64,000 bases of DNA from Strigamia acuminata (Eukaryota), in contig OX442314.1 of the NCBI GenBank assembly GCA_949358305.1, positions 2,170,001 through 2,234,000 of the forward strand, in the 5' to 3' direction. This document shows, in pieces, positions 1-13,592 of this stretch. Made by a program: the position numbers and the translations under genes. How positions within the stretch are numbered: position 1 is the stretch's first letter; the number at the start of each line of letters is the position of its first letter. The notes under the pieces were generated by a model. It worked only from the letters and a program-made list of their open reading frames with translations. It had not been told where the DNA came from and did no database searches.

Positions 1-50
1 TCTCTTGTAATGGCTAATTATTCAGCCAAAAGTAGAATCGTCACAAGTGG
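1..50 (+). mobile_element. Terminal (U5) fragment of a Gypsy LTR plus start of PBS, inverted relative to the adjacent LTR body
   Basis: 26-50 (CCAAAAGTAGAATCGTCACAAGTGG) is the exact reverse complement of 63696-63720 (LTR end plus first PBS bases); 1-25 is a looser match. Confidence 0.8.
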
Positions 51-56
51 TGTCTG

Positions 57-1516
57 TACAACGTGAATATGTGATCAAATATAACAACTTACGATTTTGT
101 GTGATATAATTTACATGTTTATTAACATTACAACTGGAGTTGGGGTTCTGGATAAGTGTAACGGCGGCTACACTGGTTGAGGTTCCGGGCGATGCTGTTC
201 GAGTGGTGCGGCTGACTTTGCGGCATCGTCACAGTTAGCGCTACGGAGACGTATTCGGTCCCGCAGCTCGGATATCTATTAATACGAAGAATCCTTCGTA
301 TTTGGTCGGGAATATTCATTAGAATATTCCGTATTCAAATCATCAAAACATTATTAGTGTAATATAACAAATGAATTGTTATATTGTTATTCTATGGGCG
401 GGGACAGTCACGACAGTCGAGGGAACCATCGCGGGAGTTGTTGAAGCTCCATCCGCCAGCATGCCTTACGACGACAAGATCTCGTGATCAGGCGCCGGGT
501 ATTTGTTTTCTGCGACGAGTCGCTTTCAGTGGTACCAACCACTGGGTAAACAGTTCCTGGGGGACTACCAGATCGGCATTACCAATACCCGAGTGTTTGT
601 TTAGCGCAAGGTATGAATGCAATTGCTCACGGGCCACCAACCCGGTGCGTCGCCTGTGAATAAGGCTTTTACCGACCTCGGACAAGTCTTGCCCACTTAA
701 CGGAAGGGCCAATGCACTGCATCGGAACCCTGGGAAAACAGTTTGCCCATATTTGTTAAACGAGTTCGACTTCTCGTATATGTGCTCTGGCAGAGCATCT
801 GACCTATGATCGGAGAATCTCGCAAATAGATGCGACTATCACCGATCATATAATTTGACATTTGTTTAACGGGTTAGTCATTCCCGTGCATGAGCGATAT
901 ACTAAGCCACCGTATGAAATCCTACTGTCCCTTAGAACAGCTGGCTAACACTACGGGGCCATTTCATGTGTGAAACATGTCTATTACCGGAGTTAGCCTT
1001 CCCGAAAGGGCCCTACAACAAGCAATAACAAACTAGTAATAATACTATTTGTGGAGAGCTGAGGAGGCCTGATGTGTCGATAAAGAAAGTGAGATCCAAC
1101 GATAACAACTTATCAATACAAACAATATAAACATATTCAGAATCAAGCCAAGCGGGGAGCTCGTGAGAACCAGAGCTTATATGGTTCTAGAGAACAATCA
1201 GATTGGCGACAGCCAATCAGGTGTCTGAATCGATGGATTCGTGGATCACTAGTCCGGACCTAATATTGAACTGGGTCCCGAAGAGTCCGATTGGTCATCT
1301 TCAACAGGTAAGTAAAACCGGATATTGATTCGATAGAATCAATATCTCAAGTAAATAATACTTAGCTTAGTCCAATAAAATACTGTATATTTTATTCGCA
1401 ACGTTATATTAATTCTTTAATATAACTCGCAACTTTATCGAGTTTAAACTGCGCGCGTTAGACAAACAGCGCCATCTAGTGTGAACATTGGATAATACGG
1501 TTTTATAACCGTCACA
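57..1516 (-). mobile_element. Gypsy LTR, diverged subfamily of the element at 51083-64000, inside an intron of the NMDA receptor gene
   Basis: Colinear blocks of similarity to 51198-52821 (e.g. CTCCATCCGCCAGCATGCCTTACGACGACAAGATCTCGTGATCAGGCGCCG, GATTGGCGACAGCCAATCAG, CAGCGCCATCTA); ends GTCACA at 1516; no PPT next to it. Confidence 0.9.
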
Positions 1517-1666
1517 AACTAACATAACTAATTTATTTACAGGTAAACGTAAGTGGCGCTACAGGTGTGTGTAGCGTCATGAAATGTCAAAATAAACAAA
1601 ATGGAGTTAGAACACTCCAGCCGCCACCTGCAGTTTTAATAAAAACGCCTGTTTACACCCTTTTAC

Positions 1667-1848
1667 CTGTTCCATTGCCGAATTGTCAGCGATGAAAGAA
1701 ATGACCGGCATACCGATGTAAGCCGCCAACTGGAGAAAGTAAAGTGTCGTGGCAGTTTCCCGATGACCGCCCTTCTCGGAATTTGACAAAAACACGATGA
1801 CGCACACATTTCTCTGCAGAAAATCGTTGCATAATGTATCCAGAGTAT
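1667..1848 (-). CDS. Nmdar2: NMDA-type ionotropic glutamate receptor subunit 2, coding exon (N-terminal domain); gene continues left of the window
   Basis: Translates DTLDTLCNDFLQRNVCVIVFLSNSEKGGHRETATTLYFLQLAAYIGMPVISFIADNSAMEQ, matching the arthropod NR2 motif [28 protein letters not shown] acceptor, GTAAAA donor, phase consistent with upstream exon. Confidence 0.85.
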
Positions 1849-2166
1849 CTAAAAATCCAAAATTTCATTCAAATTAATTTAATTTTAACAAGGAAATCGC
1901 ACTTTTAGTTCAAATTCACAGATAATATCTGAAATTACTCAATCAAACAACCCCAATATAAAGTCAACGAAGCATGAAATATTATGACATAACATCACCC
2001 CTGTGACACGACCGCTGGAAGCGGAAATTGACAGGCCCTGTCAATAAACATCGCGGATACGATCAACTCGCGCGCACTGTAAAAACATTGCGTGAAATCA
2101 TAATATCCCAGCAGTGCAAGTTAATTGCAATTTGTGATTTTTTTTCCTTGTCAAACAAATAATCAC

Positions 2167-2464
2167 CTCCTGGATTCGACGTGTTGCTCTTCAAAGTGAT
2201 GGTCGGTTGAGGGACGACGAAACTGTCGAACATGTGCTGTAAGTGGTGTTTATTTGCCAGATCGGTCATCGCTTGCGTCCAATTTCTGTTGTAAATCCTA
2301 ATCCGGGATGATTTGTAGTGATTGAACGGTGCTGACACTCCGACCGTAACAGTTTCTTTGGCTCCATCTTTATTTGGATTTTGTGAAGTGCCGCCACCAT
2401 TTGCCAATTGCATCTTCTCCGTGACCCGAACCACCAGAAGCACCACATACTTGAGTAGTCGCAT
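2167..2464 (-). CDS. Nmdar2: NMDA receptor subunit 2, first coding exon (signal peptide-like start)
   Basis: TTTGCAG acceptor at 2471, ATG at 2464 (MRLLKYVVLLVV...), GAG/GTGATT donor at 2166; 298 nt (phase 1) joins in frame with the exon at 1848. Confidence 0.75.
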
Positions 2465-5217
2465 GGAGGTCTGCAAAGAATTTCAAATATATACATCCCG
2501 CAGACGTTCAACTGTCAAATGCACCGAATAAAATCGACAATAAAAAATCACTCGCTGCATAGGGCATGCTGGAATTCACTCAGGAATTGTAATATTAAAA
2601 ATAAATTCCACGTATCACCAAAAGCCTTTCGATCAAACGATCCACTTCAGTGGTTAAAATATTTATACGTAGTATCAATAATGCGTATATATTTTTAATA
2701 TTAAAACATTTAAATTTTTTTTACATGGACCGTAACAATATTGAGAAGCCCCCTCACCCTTAGTAATGAATGACCGGTAACATAATTTAAAACCCCCTTC
2801 CCCCTTCGGAACGTTTTGTAATTTATTGACGGCCCCTGTGTATTGCTTTTCACTTAATGCATTCCAAAATGTACAGCATTTCATGCAATTAAGTATATTA
2901 TTTCTACATTAAATAATTCATTTCGTAATACAATTAACCTTCGGAGGCATAAGGGTAAAATGTGCCGGTCTGGTATAAGGCATTACGGATTTATGGACAA
3001 TTTTCAGGTCAATTAGTTAAAGTGCTGTTTCGATTTTTGAAAGTTCACAACTAATTTTATGGAGGACTAGTTATGAACAGTGAAAAAATATTTTTTTTTA
3101 CCAACTAGTGGTTGGTTTAAACAACTGGTAAATGCGAAAAGCTGTTAACTTAAGCGCTCTTTCTTAGACAGCAAAGCCAGCATAATAGTTTTGCTGGAGT
3201 TTTAAGGGGCAGAAAATTTGCATTTAGCATAATTATTTAAATAAATGACCAATGACTTAAAATTTCACCTGATGAACCCTCATTATTAAACGGTGTAGGG
3301 CAAAAAACGGGCCCATAATCCCGCAGAACGAGTTTGAAAATTGAAATTTAACGAGTGGCCGTCGCGGCTCACTACTTGTCCATGGGCCACTCAGTCGAGC
3401 CGAGTGCAATATTGTTTGTGTATGGCGCGCCAAGCATTTCGGCACGTTTTCAATTGCCTAGCAACGCCGCATCCACACTACAATAAGCTGCTGCGAGGGT
3501 GTTTTTTTGTGCGCGGCCACGGACGATTGATTTAGCGCGTGACATTCGCCGAGCGCCGTCACCTGGAAACGGGACCCAAACACCGTAATTGCGGCTTCCT
3601 TGCATGCCACCTGTTGATTAAACTGCAATCCTTCGCCATTACATCTTCAATTAATTAATTACCGTTAATTAATCAATTAGCAACATGTACGAGTATTGAT
3701 TGCCGATTTCAACATTTTCGACATTTCCAATGAAATTAATTGGAAAACAAAAAAGAAGTAAAAATTAAATTTTTCGCTATTCGTCGAATCTATAAATATC
3801 CGCGTTTGGTCTCTCCAAAATAACGTGTTAATTACGTCTTCTCTGAAGCATTAAGCAAATCAGCATATTTCACAGTTTGGTTTCAATCAGATTTTTAAAG
3901 CTCTGAGGGGACTGTTGTCGCATCAATACTCATTTGTGCGCACTTACCCGATTTTCTTTGTCGCCGTCCGATCGCAAAATGAAAAAAAAACACCAAGCTT
4001 AAATATATATATCTCTCTTACTGACAAGTGAGGAAAAGGTGGGTTAGTATTCAGCGTGCACCATCAGCGATGGCTGCGTGATGAGTGATGGAGAGGAGGG
4101 CGAGTCATCACGACCACAATTGGAGACACGCGAGTGCACGTGTGCTCCAGCATCAGGTCACTCACCGACCACCCTTTACTTCCCCCTTTATGTGTTTCGT
4201 TCTACGCCGACTGCCCCGTAATCCAATCACCATCCTGAAGGAACCGTACAGGCCACTTTAGACTCCCGACGCGACCTTCGCTTCCCAAACTGTGAATAAA
4301 TTATCAACCTTAATTTATTCATCCGCGTGTTACAGATGTTCAGGATAAAAATTCAAATTTTAAATTTTTTTTTTTTTTTTTTTTTAAATGGTGGGAGGAA
4401 AAAAAATCTGAATGTATGTGGTGAATTTTCTTCTTTTCACTCATCATCGGCTTAGAAAAAGAGGCGGAAGGTAGTGCTTAAAGGATTTTCGAGCTGAATA
4501 AGAAATTTGTTTTTAAGTTAACGACAAATATTCACTTTTCATGTACAAGCTGTTTTTTAAAAAAGAGGATGAGAAACAACTAAAAAAAATCAGACAAAGG
4601 TTAAAAGAGTGACAGGGAAGAAAGAATGAAAAGAAAAAAAGAATAAAATTTATAGATCGCTCTCTGGTCACTTTTGTTCTTATCCTGGCACTGAATCCTG
4701 TTGAAAGGACAATTGATCAGGTTACCTCACTATCAGCTCAACCCAGCAAAATTCTGCACTCGGACACACTGACCCAAACATTTCCCCTAGTTCTCCATAT
4801 TTTTACACTAGAGCTGAAGTGAAGACGAAGAAATAAGAGGTTTCGTTGGAGTGATGAATGCTATAGATTCAGAAATGGAATTCCTGCCACGGAGATATTT
4901 ATATATTTCGTCAAGCAATATTGGTATTTTTTGGTGCCCAGCTACGATTCATTTAGAAAGCGTATTAGATATTTATTTCGCGAGAATAAAGATCATTTTG
5001 CACTGAATTTGTTTGCATCAATTTCACCGTTCAAGAATTTCTTGCTGTATTTCCGAATCCAGAAGCACATTTCCCAAAACAAGATCTTAGAATGAACATC
5101 TCGTATCAAGACCACATCAGCAGTTTTGTTCAAAATGTTATCCGTTTGCCTACAAAAGGGACTTGCGGCGGGTTATCCTCCTATTGAAAAGAGAAGTGTC
5201 TCTTTGTTGCAAATGCG

Positions 5218-6199
5218 CGTCGTACAAATAGATTACGTCGTTGCACACCCCGATAGGCAGGATCTGTGAGGAGGCCACTTTTAGTACTCAAATTCGTCAT
5301 ACAAATTGTGGTGACCCAGTTGGATAAGTGTCCCCCCAGGGCGGATACTTGTCCTCTGAGTCACTATGATTGAAGAGTCGTTCCCCCCCCCCGAGTTGGC
5401 TCCACCTCCCCATGGCAGGTGTGTGCCCCGAGGGGGAGGAAGCGGCTGGTGGTCAGCCCCCATTGGTTGATCGCCGGCCCTTCATCCCACTGCATAAAAG
5501 GCTGTGTTTCCCGCCTAAAGGAAGAACTTACACAAACGACACCAAGAACACAGCAACTACCTCACCGTCAGGCCAACTTCAACTACAAGTTAGGATTGAT
5601 CGAGGATCGCTGAGTAAAGTGCAAACTGTAACTCTCCCGAAGTCACTTGCGAGCTATTCCTGCGAAAGCACGAGAATAGCCCTTGTGAAATCACCCAGAA
5701 TAATCGCCCAGTCGATTATTCGCCGAAGTAAGTGTCCGAGTGCTTTGTAGGGAACCCCAAAGTTCCTAGACAAGGCCTCTGCGACGCTAAACCAAACCCT
5801 AGACAACAGGCACGGATAGAAGACTCGAAAGAGCATTCCACCGCGTCCGTGAAGACGAATCCGTGACGAATTAACGACAACTCGAGACGCCGCCTTTGTT
5901 CCGCCGACCACGCGGAACCGACGACGCCATCTTGAGAAATCCTTTGTTCGATTCTGACCAAGTCGACTTTAGTTGTATACTGAGTGTATTTTAAAGGCAT
6001 AAAGCCTGGTGAATAAATTACCTGTTTATTTACATACATTTGGTATTCATTTGGGTATTCGCATAATTGATCACAGGTAAAGTATTACACGTTAGCGCTA
6101 TTTAAACCTATACAAAGTAGGACGCGACAAAATAGATTACGTCGTTGCACACCCCGATAGGCAGGATCTGTGAGGAGGCCACTTTTAGTACTCAAATTC
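5218..6199 (+). repeat. 77-bp tandem duplication whose second copy is split by a solo LTR
   Basis: 5226-5295 is identical to 6130-6199; units start CGTCGTACAAAT (5218) and CGTCATACAAAT (5295). Confidence 0.85.
5307..6129 (+). mobile_element. Solo LTR (823 bp) of an unrelated LTR retrotransposon family
   Basis: Begins TGTGGTGAC, ends GACGCGACA; 4-bp TSD AAAT (5303-5306 and 6130-6133); AATAAA near 6012; removal restores the tandem repeat unit. Strand inferred only from the polyA signal. Confidence 0.75.
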
Positions 6200-7526
6200 T
6201 TTTAATGAGAAAGGAAAGAGAGAGAGAGAGAATATTTCTTTAGTTTAGTTGGTCTATACCATTAGAGAAAGTAAACAGTTCACTGGAATTGGGAGGCAAT
6301 CCAAATTCGGTGTTTCAAGATAGGAAAACTTGTGGTTCATGAAAAAACACTCACGCTCGAGTAGACCTGAGAAATCAAAAACATTTGGTCGAAAAAACTA
6401 CAAGCATTCATCCTGTTTTTGCAATTTCAGCAGCAGCAATAATTGGATTAATTATAATTACATTTTAAATCAGTCATTTCGGGAGAGGATAAAGGCCCGG
6501 CCGTTCAACCCGTTTTATTCGGTCTCGTAATGTTCCGACAGTTGAACACCATCAATTTATTACCGGTATTATTATTACTGTGGTGCATCGTCGAATAAAA
6601 GCTGATTTTTGAATAAATTCCCCTCGGGAGCAATCTAATGTTTTCATCTAAGACAATAAGATCGGTGCAAACTAAAATACAGATTGGATTAGAAGCCAGA
6701 TAGAATAGAGAAAGCTCAGCATGACAGTTGTACGTCTCATTGTGTGCGACTTTACCCGCATTCCTTTTTCTTTGTCGGGTCGTGATAAAATCAACAAGTA
6801 ATAGAACGTCCCACTAGAATTCGACGTCATAGCCACAATATTCGCAGAAGTGACAGACTAAACAAAATTCTACATAGAGCAGAAAGAAAGATCAATCAAT
6901 CGCCGGCCGCCAACGCACTCTCGCCAGCCGTTCGCATGCGCATTTAACCAGTACTTTCCTGCCCCAAATTCATTTTACATCATTTAGACACAAAATGCAG
7001 TCAAACTAGAAGAAATAAATTACCAGGCCAACGTCAGGGTTATTGTCCAGGTTATTCAATCTTCGTCAAGTGGTATAATTAGTATAATGAATTCAATAAG
7101 CAAAATTCCCTAAAAAAATAGCATTACTGCTAATATTTTAAGAGCTTGTTTATTTTATTTTGTGCTAAACAAAAAGAAGAAAGAAAGAAAAATCCAAAGA
7201 TGCCTTTAGTGGACAATATACATGTACGTGAGGAAGAACTAATGTCTGAAATATTTTATCTCGCAACACAGTTGGAACACTTCAAAAAGCTATCGTTACT
7301 TTTCAATGTTAAATAAAAAACAAATTATAAATTATATCTTTTTATTTTTAAGAAACGTTTTGCAAAGCTTAAAAGTTTCAAATCATTAATTCGTCGCAGA
7401 GATTACCTCGTAGAAAGCAACAAGAAAATTCCGAATATAAGAAAAAATGCTGCGGACAGTTTTAGGTCTAAAAAAAAAACAAATTCACGGGTCAACCACA
7501 TTACTTGGAACACAGCAGCTGCACTT

Positions 7527-7682
7527 GAACCCACAGCTTCGACCCCAGATTCAAATAAACCCACAGCCACGACCCCAGATTCAAACGAACCCCCTGCGTC
7601 TAATGAACACACAGCCACGACCCCAGCGACTAATGAACTCTGAGTTTGGAACGAACCGTCAGCCACGATCCCAGCATCGACC
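7527..7682. repeat. Degenerate ~30-bp minisatellite (AACCCACAGCCACGACCCCAGATTCAAA..)
   Basis: AACCCACAGC recurs at 7528 and 7558; about 5 decaying copies. Confidence 0.7.
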
Positions 7683-8103
7683 TCAAAACAAGACGAAGAA
7701 AAAATATAAAAATTATTAAAATACTTTCTTTTTACAAATAACCACGTCGACTAATTTTTAAAAATCAAAGATTGAATAAAAGACTCTACAAACTCACACA
7801 CCCCTTTGTGCAACAGAATCGAAATCCAATCCAAACAAAATAACAAACCTCCCTGCTATATCCGATCCAAGTCGGAATTCTCCCAACTAATAGGCACGAC
7901 AGCTGTTGTTGGTGGTGCGGATATATTTGTAAGCGATTGAATCTTTTTGTTAGTTTTGCAAAACGAATTTCCATTTGCTTACCATTGCAACATATAGCAG
8001 ACCGCGCAACATTATATGGGGATAAAGGAAATCTTGATTTCATAGGATGAGATAAGTTTATCGCTTGTAAATCAGCTTACAACAAAGGAACTGTGTGTTG
8101 GCA

Positions 8104-8940
8104 TTAATTTTAAATTTATGGCCTTCATCTCGTTTTATTTTTATAATCCAGGCCTTTCTTGCACTTAAGTTTTTAGGAATTAATAAACTTCATTCCAACA
8201 AATTTTTATCATATATAATAAAGCTTTCTTCGGTCAATTCGGGGAAGGAGAAAGCAATGTCAACAAAATCGCCAAATGGCGTCCAGTTCGTGATTGCGGA
8301 AATTTTCAATTGTGTGGAAGACAAAAACGAAGTTTTACGCAGAGCTGAAGTTTTATCGAAAACTTCTTTGCCGCCAAGAACAGAATTAGCAGGTATTTTG
8401 TTGTTTGTATTCAGTAGGAGGTTTAACATCCCAATTTCACTTCATGAGTGGGATCACTTTAAAATGGATGAAAAAGGATTTTCAAGATTGGAAAAAAAAA
8501 AATCAAAGACTTTTTGACAATGTTAACAGTTCCAACACTTAAAAAAATCTACAAAGAGAGAACAAACCGAGAAGCGACAACGTCTTCTTCAAAAGGTATG
8601 TGTATATAATTTTTTTTTTGCCAGCTTGTGTCGTTAAGGAAATCATAAAATTTTCAAGTGAGATCACATTTTAAACCATGATTTCATAACCGAAGCTATG
8701 TTGTTCAAATACGTGAAAAGTAAAAGAAATATGAGCTTTGCAATGCATGTCTGAAGAGGTCGGGCAACGGGAACAAATTTATACCGAGCCATAGGGTATA
8801 AAAAAAAATTTCACGTCGTCACCTGCCTGTGCCACCGGGATATTCCCGGCATCCCACTTGGCCAGTCCAGCATTGGGGTTTTGTATTAGAAAGGCAATAG
8901 TAGAACCACCAAATCTGGCAAACAAATTCAAAATTTTTTT
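8104..8940 (+). repeat. Copy 1 of a ~840-bp duplicated segment with ORF remnants of unknown function
   Basis: Highly similar and colinear to 15608-16439; shared peptide KEKAMSTKSPNGVQFVIAEIFNCVEDKNEVL. Confidence 0.9.
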
Positions 8941-10730
8941 TTTTATAATATTCAGTGGCCATATACAAAAGTGGGACAAGATTATCGGATTGAAGCTATT
9001 TGATGAAGGGTATATCAGTCCTCGGATATATTCCTTTTGAATCAATCACCCAAAATTATTAATTTACCAATAAAAATTGAAAAATTTTAAAATTGAAAAA
9101 AATTGAACAAATTGCAGACTAAGGAAATTAAGCAAATTAAAGTAATACTTATGTTTGTTATTAGATTGAGGATCACCTCTGGTTTTTTTTCTTTTTTTTC
9201 TTCTAGTTTAGCACAAAGATGCGTTTAGTGGACAATATAAATGTAGACAAGGAAGTACTACTGTCTGATACTGATATATTTCATCTCGCAAGCAGAATTT
9301 TTTTAGAAACAATGTTTTACCTTCTAAAATGGAAGTGAAAGTAATTCCGCCGGGAAAGGCTTCGGCCAGGGAAGGTCTAAAAGAAGCCATCCACGTTCGA
9401 ACAAAAAGTCATTGACCACGGTCCAGCGTGTCCGTGACAATTCGATGCGCCTTATTTTAGACGCTTTTTAAAAATAGTGAATACAATTTGAAATGTTGAA
9501 TTTTGATAAAAGAAAGGTAGGGCCATCAGGATTTCTCCCAATAAATTAATACCTAACCACCATGTAGATAATTGTATCTAGTAATTGTCGTAGACAGTAT
9601 AACAACCGGCAACATTTTAAACCTTTCGAAACATTAATGTTGCAAAGCATAAAAGTCTAATACAGATGGGCATAGAACTGATTTGGCAAGGAAATGTAAA
9701 AATGAAGCACCATTCTTGAGAAGCAATAATTGATTTGACCCAAAAGTTATTTCCACATTCAAAAATTGAGGATAGAGATGGTTTTTTGTGTAGAATTGTA
9801 GTATTTCAAAAGTTACTTCGTGGCCGTTTTGGTCATGAGAAAACTGCAGGGGCACTCTGTCAAGTTTTACAAGACTGAACAAGGAAAAGAAGAAAACTGA
9901 AATTCAAGCCAGGGTTAAAAGGAGCAACTTGACCCATTTAGACCATTTAAGGATGCAGTTGAGTGGACATCACATCAGGAAGTTGAATCAAAACAAACAG
10001 AACACAAGCAGGTGTGATACAATTCTCTTCTGTTTGCATTTTGTGTCTGTAGTGAAAAACTGCTGAATTCAAAATGGCAAAATGATAGGAAATTAAATTC
10101 TTAATGCAAATCTCAAATGCTACAGTGCATCAGCACAATTCGGGAGTGACAAACACGCATTGAGTGCATCATGTTTATCACTTTAAATCAAACGGGTGAA
10201 TGCTACAATCCTGTGTATCGGGAATGCAGACTTACAACACCAGAATAAATGAATTACACAGCTAAGTTACCAACTCTAAATGCTAACCCTAATGCAATTC
10301 CTACACATTCTGAGAAATATTAACGAAAATCAAACCGGCGACTCAAAATCAAATCTTGATCCAATTCTTTTGTCAGGCAAGCAGACAATCAAATAAACAA
10401 AAAGAAATGCCATTTTTGTCAAAAATAGAATAGAAACTCGCGATACCACATCAGCGAAAAAAAAAATGAGAAAAACACATTAAATTCCATCACAGACAAA
10501 ATATTCACTGAAAGCAAACCATCAGATAAAAATCCAACCCAAATCCTTTGGTTTTGCATCATTATTATCACGAAAACGAATGCAAACACTGAAAAACATC
10601 GATCGAACTGAAAAGCAAACGACAAAGCAGAAATGGAATGAAGAAGAACACAAACACTTGCCGTTGCTAAGCGAAGGGAAATCATCTCTATTGGTTGGAA
10701 TCAACGTCAACAAATTGCGTCATTCTCCTC

Positions 10731-10965
10731 TGTTAATAATAATTATTCGCACCAGAGTGACTCTGCAACTCAAGTCAGTGTCAGAAGATTTTAAATTAAT
10801 TTTTCTAACCAACAAAACAAAAAAGAAAATTAAATAATAAAAAATAAAAAAATAAAAATTTACCTCGCTTTTGGAGAAATGTCACCTGTGGCCGACTCAG
10901 GCTCCCAAATCTCAAAATCTCCCGTCGTGGTCAAGGAAAAAAGAAATTAAAAGCGATACTCGTAA
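10731..10965 (+). repeat. Dispersed repeat, copy 1 (paralogous to 19321-19630)
   Basis: Shared blocks CACCAGAGTGACTCTGCAACTCA, GCTCCCAAATCTC and CCGTCGTGGTCAAGG. Confidence 0.8.
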
Positions 10966-13129
10966 AATAAATTGATTTTTTTGTGTTTTCAACTAAAATC
11001 TTACGACAGTATCAGCCAAAATTGAAAATCTCTTGTCGTCCCCTAATAAACATTATAACATAAAAATTATTTTAAAAAACACGACCAAACCGATTAAATA
11101 TTCAAAACAAACCGATTTCATCGCATTGCCGTTGATTTTGGACAAAGTTGCTTTCGTTTCTTCGATTTTCTTTGTTAATACTCGCCAACGCAGCCGGACG
11201 ACTAGACAGAAATTTCCTTTTTTCTGCCAATAAATCTTGATCCGTTTCTTTAACACTCGGTCGCTTCACGCTTATTTCTTCCGAGTCGCACATGCCCGTC
11301 CATTTGGCCGCCATTACTCATCTACAATACTCGCCGCGAGATGTCACCACACGATCGAAATCAGCATGTCGGAAATTACAAATTTTTAAGTTTTTCTGAG
11401 ATTCGAAAAATTTTAGGAGAATTTTAATTGTACAGGGTAAAATTGTACAGTGATCCGAAAGATCTTTTTGGGTTATTAGCGCATTAAACTCTTAGCGTCG
11501 CTTAATTACCAACGACAGAAAGCGCGGGTGTCGGGGTTCTGAAAAAAACGCAGGGTACACCCAAAATGGAGTACCCAATTTAGATATACCCAAGTACCAC
11601 AAAATTTATTTATTTAAGAATAAAAAGTATCACTTTTTTTCATATTTGCTATTATTTGACATCTTTTGATGCATTTTTCAAGATATCATTAATTGTGAAT
11701 AAATATTTTTACAAATACACAACCATGTCGTTTTTTTTTCGCTTTAAATAAAAAATTCATCAATAACCAAACAAAACCAAACAATTTAAATCAATTTAAT
11801 TTAATTGTTAATTAATTTTGCATTATACTTTGGCTCGTTCAATTATGCGTGTATGTAATCTTTTTGTCTCAGCTGCAGTTAACAAAATAGTGAAGGTTGC
11901 AAAAACTGTCAATGACATTCTAAATCACACGTGTCATCCACGAGCTTTTGGTACCACATCGAGGAAAAAAGCGAAATCTCAATGCTGAAATCCAAAATTA
12001 AACCAGACGGGCCTTAAAAAAGATACTTATTGCATTTTGCATTTAACAAAAGACGCAGACGGTTTGTATATAATTTTAAAAAATATAACATGTAATTTAT
12101 ATACATTTTTTTTAGAAGCAGTACAGAAAATCATGAAAATAGTAGCAAATTTTGGCCACATTCTGTCGTAACAGTATGAAGCGAGTGTTCATACTCAAAT
12201 ATTTAGAGAATCTGGGAGAAAAGATCAAGGCTATTGACCAAAGACCAATTAAAAAAAATACTAATTGGCTACTGGAAGCTAAAGCCAATAAAAAACAATC
12301 AAAAAGACAGCAAAAGCAAACGATGCTGATTGCACTGTCACAACTGAAGTTGCTAAAAAAATCACGCAGAAAACAACAGCAAGGGGCCATCAACACGCTC
12401 CTGTCCGTAAAGGGCAAAATGCGTACGAATCACCTTTATAATAATTTAATTTTATATCATTAAATTAAACTACAGTCAATTAATTCAGATCACCACCTAA
12501 CGGAGGGTAAAATGTGTTTATAACCGCCACCGATATGCGCCTGCCCGTCAACCGCAAAAACAGTATGAATCACTTTATAATTTGATATCATTAAATTAAA
12601 TTTAAGTCATTTAAATTAAACTAATACTTAAAAAATTTTTTGTTTTTAGATTAAGGTTCACCTAATCACCATGTAGATAATTTTATCTAGCAATTGTCCT
12701 AGGCAGCAAACAAGATTCCCCATCACTTCTTCAAATTTTGTTTATTCGAATTTTCGATTATTTGGGTCATTTCTTCGACAGTCGTTACTTCGAAAACTGA
12801 AATTAAATTAATAATAAATTAAACTGAAATTAACGAGCCGATGCCGTGTTTAGACACAAATCGATCGCATCAATTATTCAAAAGCGGCCTAATTTGCACC
12901 TTTCTCTCCATGTTTGTCGGATCTGCGGCGCAGTTTCTGCAAATACATCTGTTTCTGCATCGAACCTTCGGAGAAAAACAAAGAAAAATCGATGAGGAAG
13001 TGTTTTGGGTTTATTAAGAGGTCGTCGACCTCGATTAATACGCCATTTTTTGGGCGCCATTTTTTGTGCTGTATGCATAAAATACCGTAAAAAAATCGCA
13101 AAACTACGGAAAATGGTCAAATGCTCAAA

Positions 13130-13522
13130 TCATTCAGTCGTAAATTAATTTTTCGGCCGAATTTGGGCGTGAATTCGGTTGTAAACTCGTTTATCCGCCG
13201 AATTTGTGCCAGAATTCAGTCACATATTCGTTTTTCGGCCTTATTCGAGCGAAAATTCGGTTTTACATTCGTTTTTCGGCTGAATTTTGGCGGGGATTTG
13301 GTCGTAAATTCGTTTTTCAGCCGAATTTGCGCCAGAATTCAATTACAAATTCGTTTTTCTGCCGAATTTGTGCAGGTATTCAATCACAAATTCGTTTATC
13401 GGCCGAATTCGCTTGTAAATTCATTCTTCGGCCGAATTCGACATGAATTTCGGATTTTAATTCCTTTTTCGGCTCAACTTCGACCTGAATTCAGTCATAA
13501 ATTAGTTTATTAACCGAATTTT
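13130..13522. repeat. Degenerate tandem array of CCGAATT/GAATTC-rich units
   Basis: Recurrent TTCGTTTTTCGGCCGAATT-like motifs; the overlapping ORFs are repeat translations. Confidence 0.7.
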
Positions 13523-13592
13523 AAACGAGAAATTCAAATTTGACGGTTTTCCGCAGTTTTGCGACGTATACGTCTACTAAAAACCTATATAC

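Noticed and set aside
2700..2836. Harbinger-like MITE end (TAATTTATTGACGGCCCC)
   Set aside because: Only one terminus recognisable; no partner TIR or TSD
11102..11314. MAAKWTG... ORF as first exon of a gene
   Set aside because: Plausible start context but no recognisable homology or linked exons
13121..13513. 130-aa and 80-aa ORFs
   Set aside because: Translations of a degenerate tandem repeat
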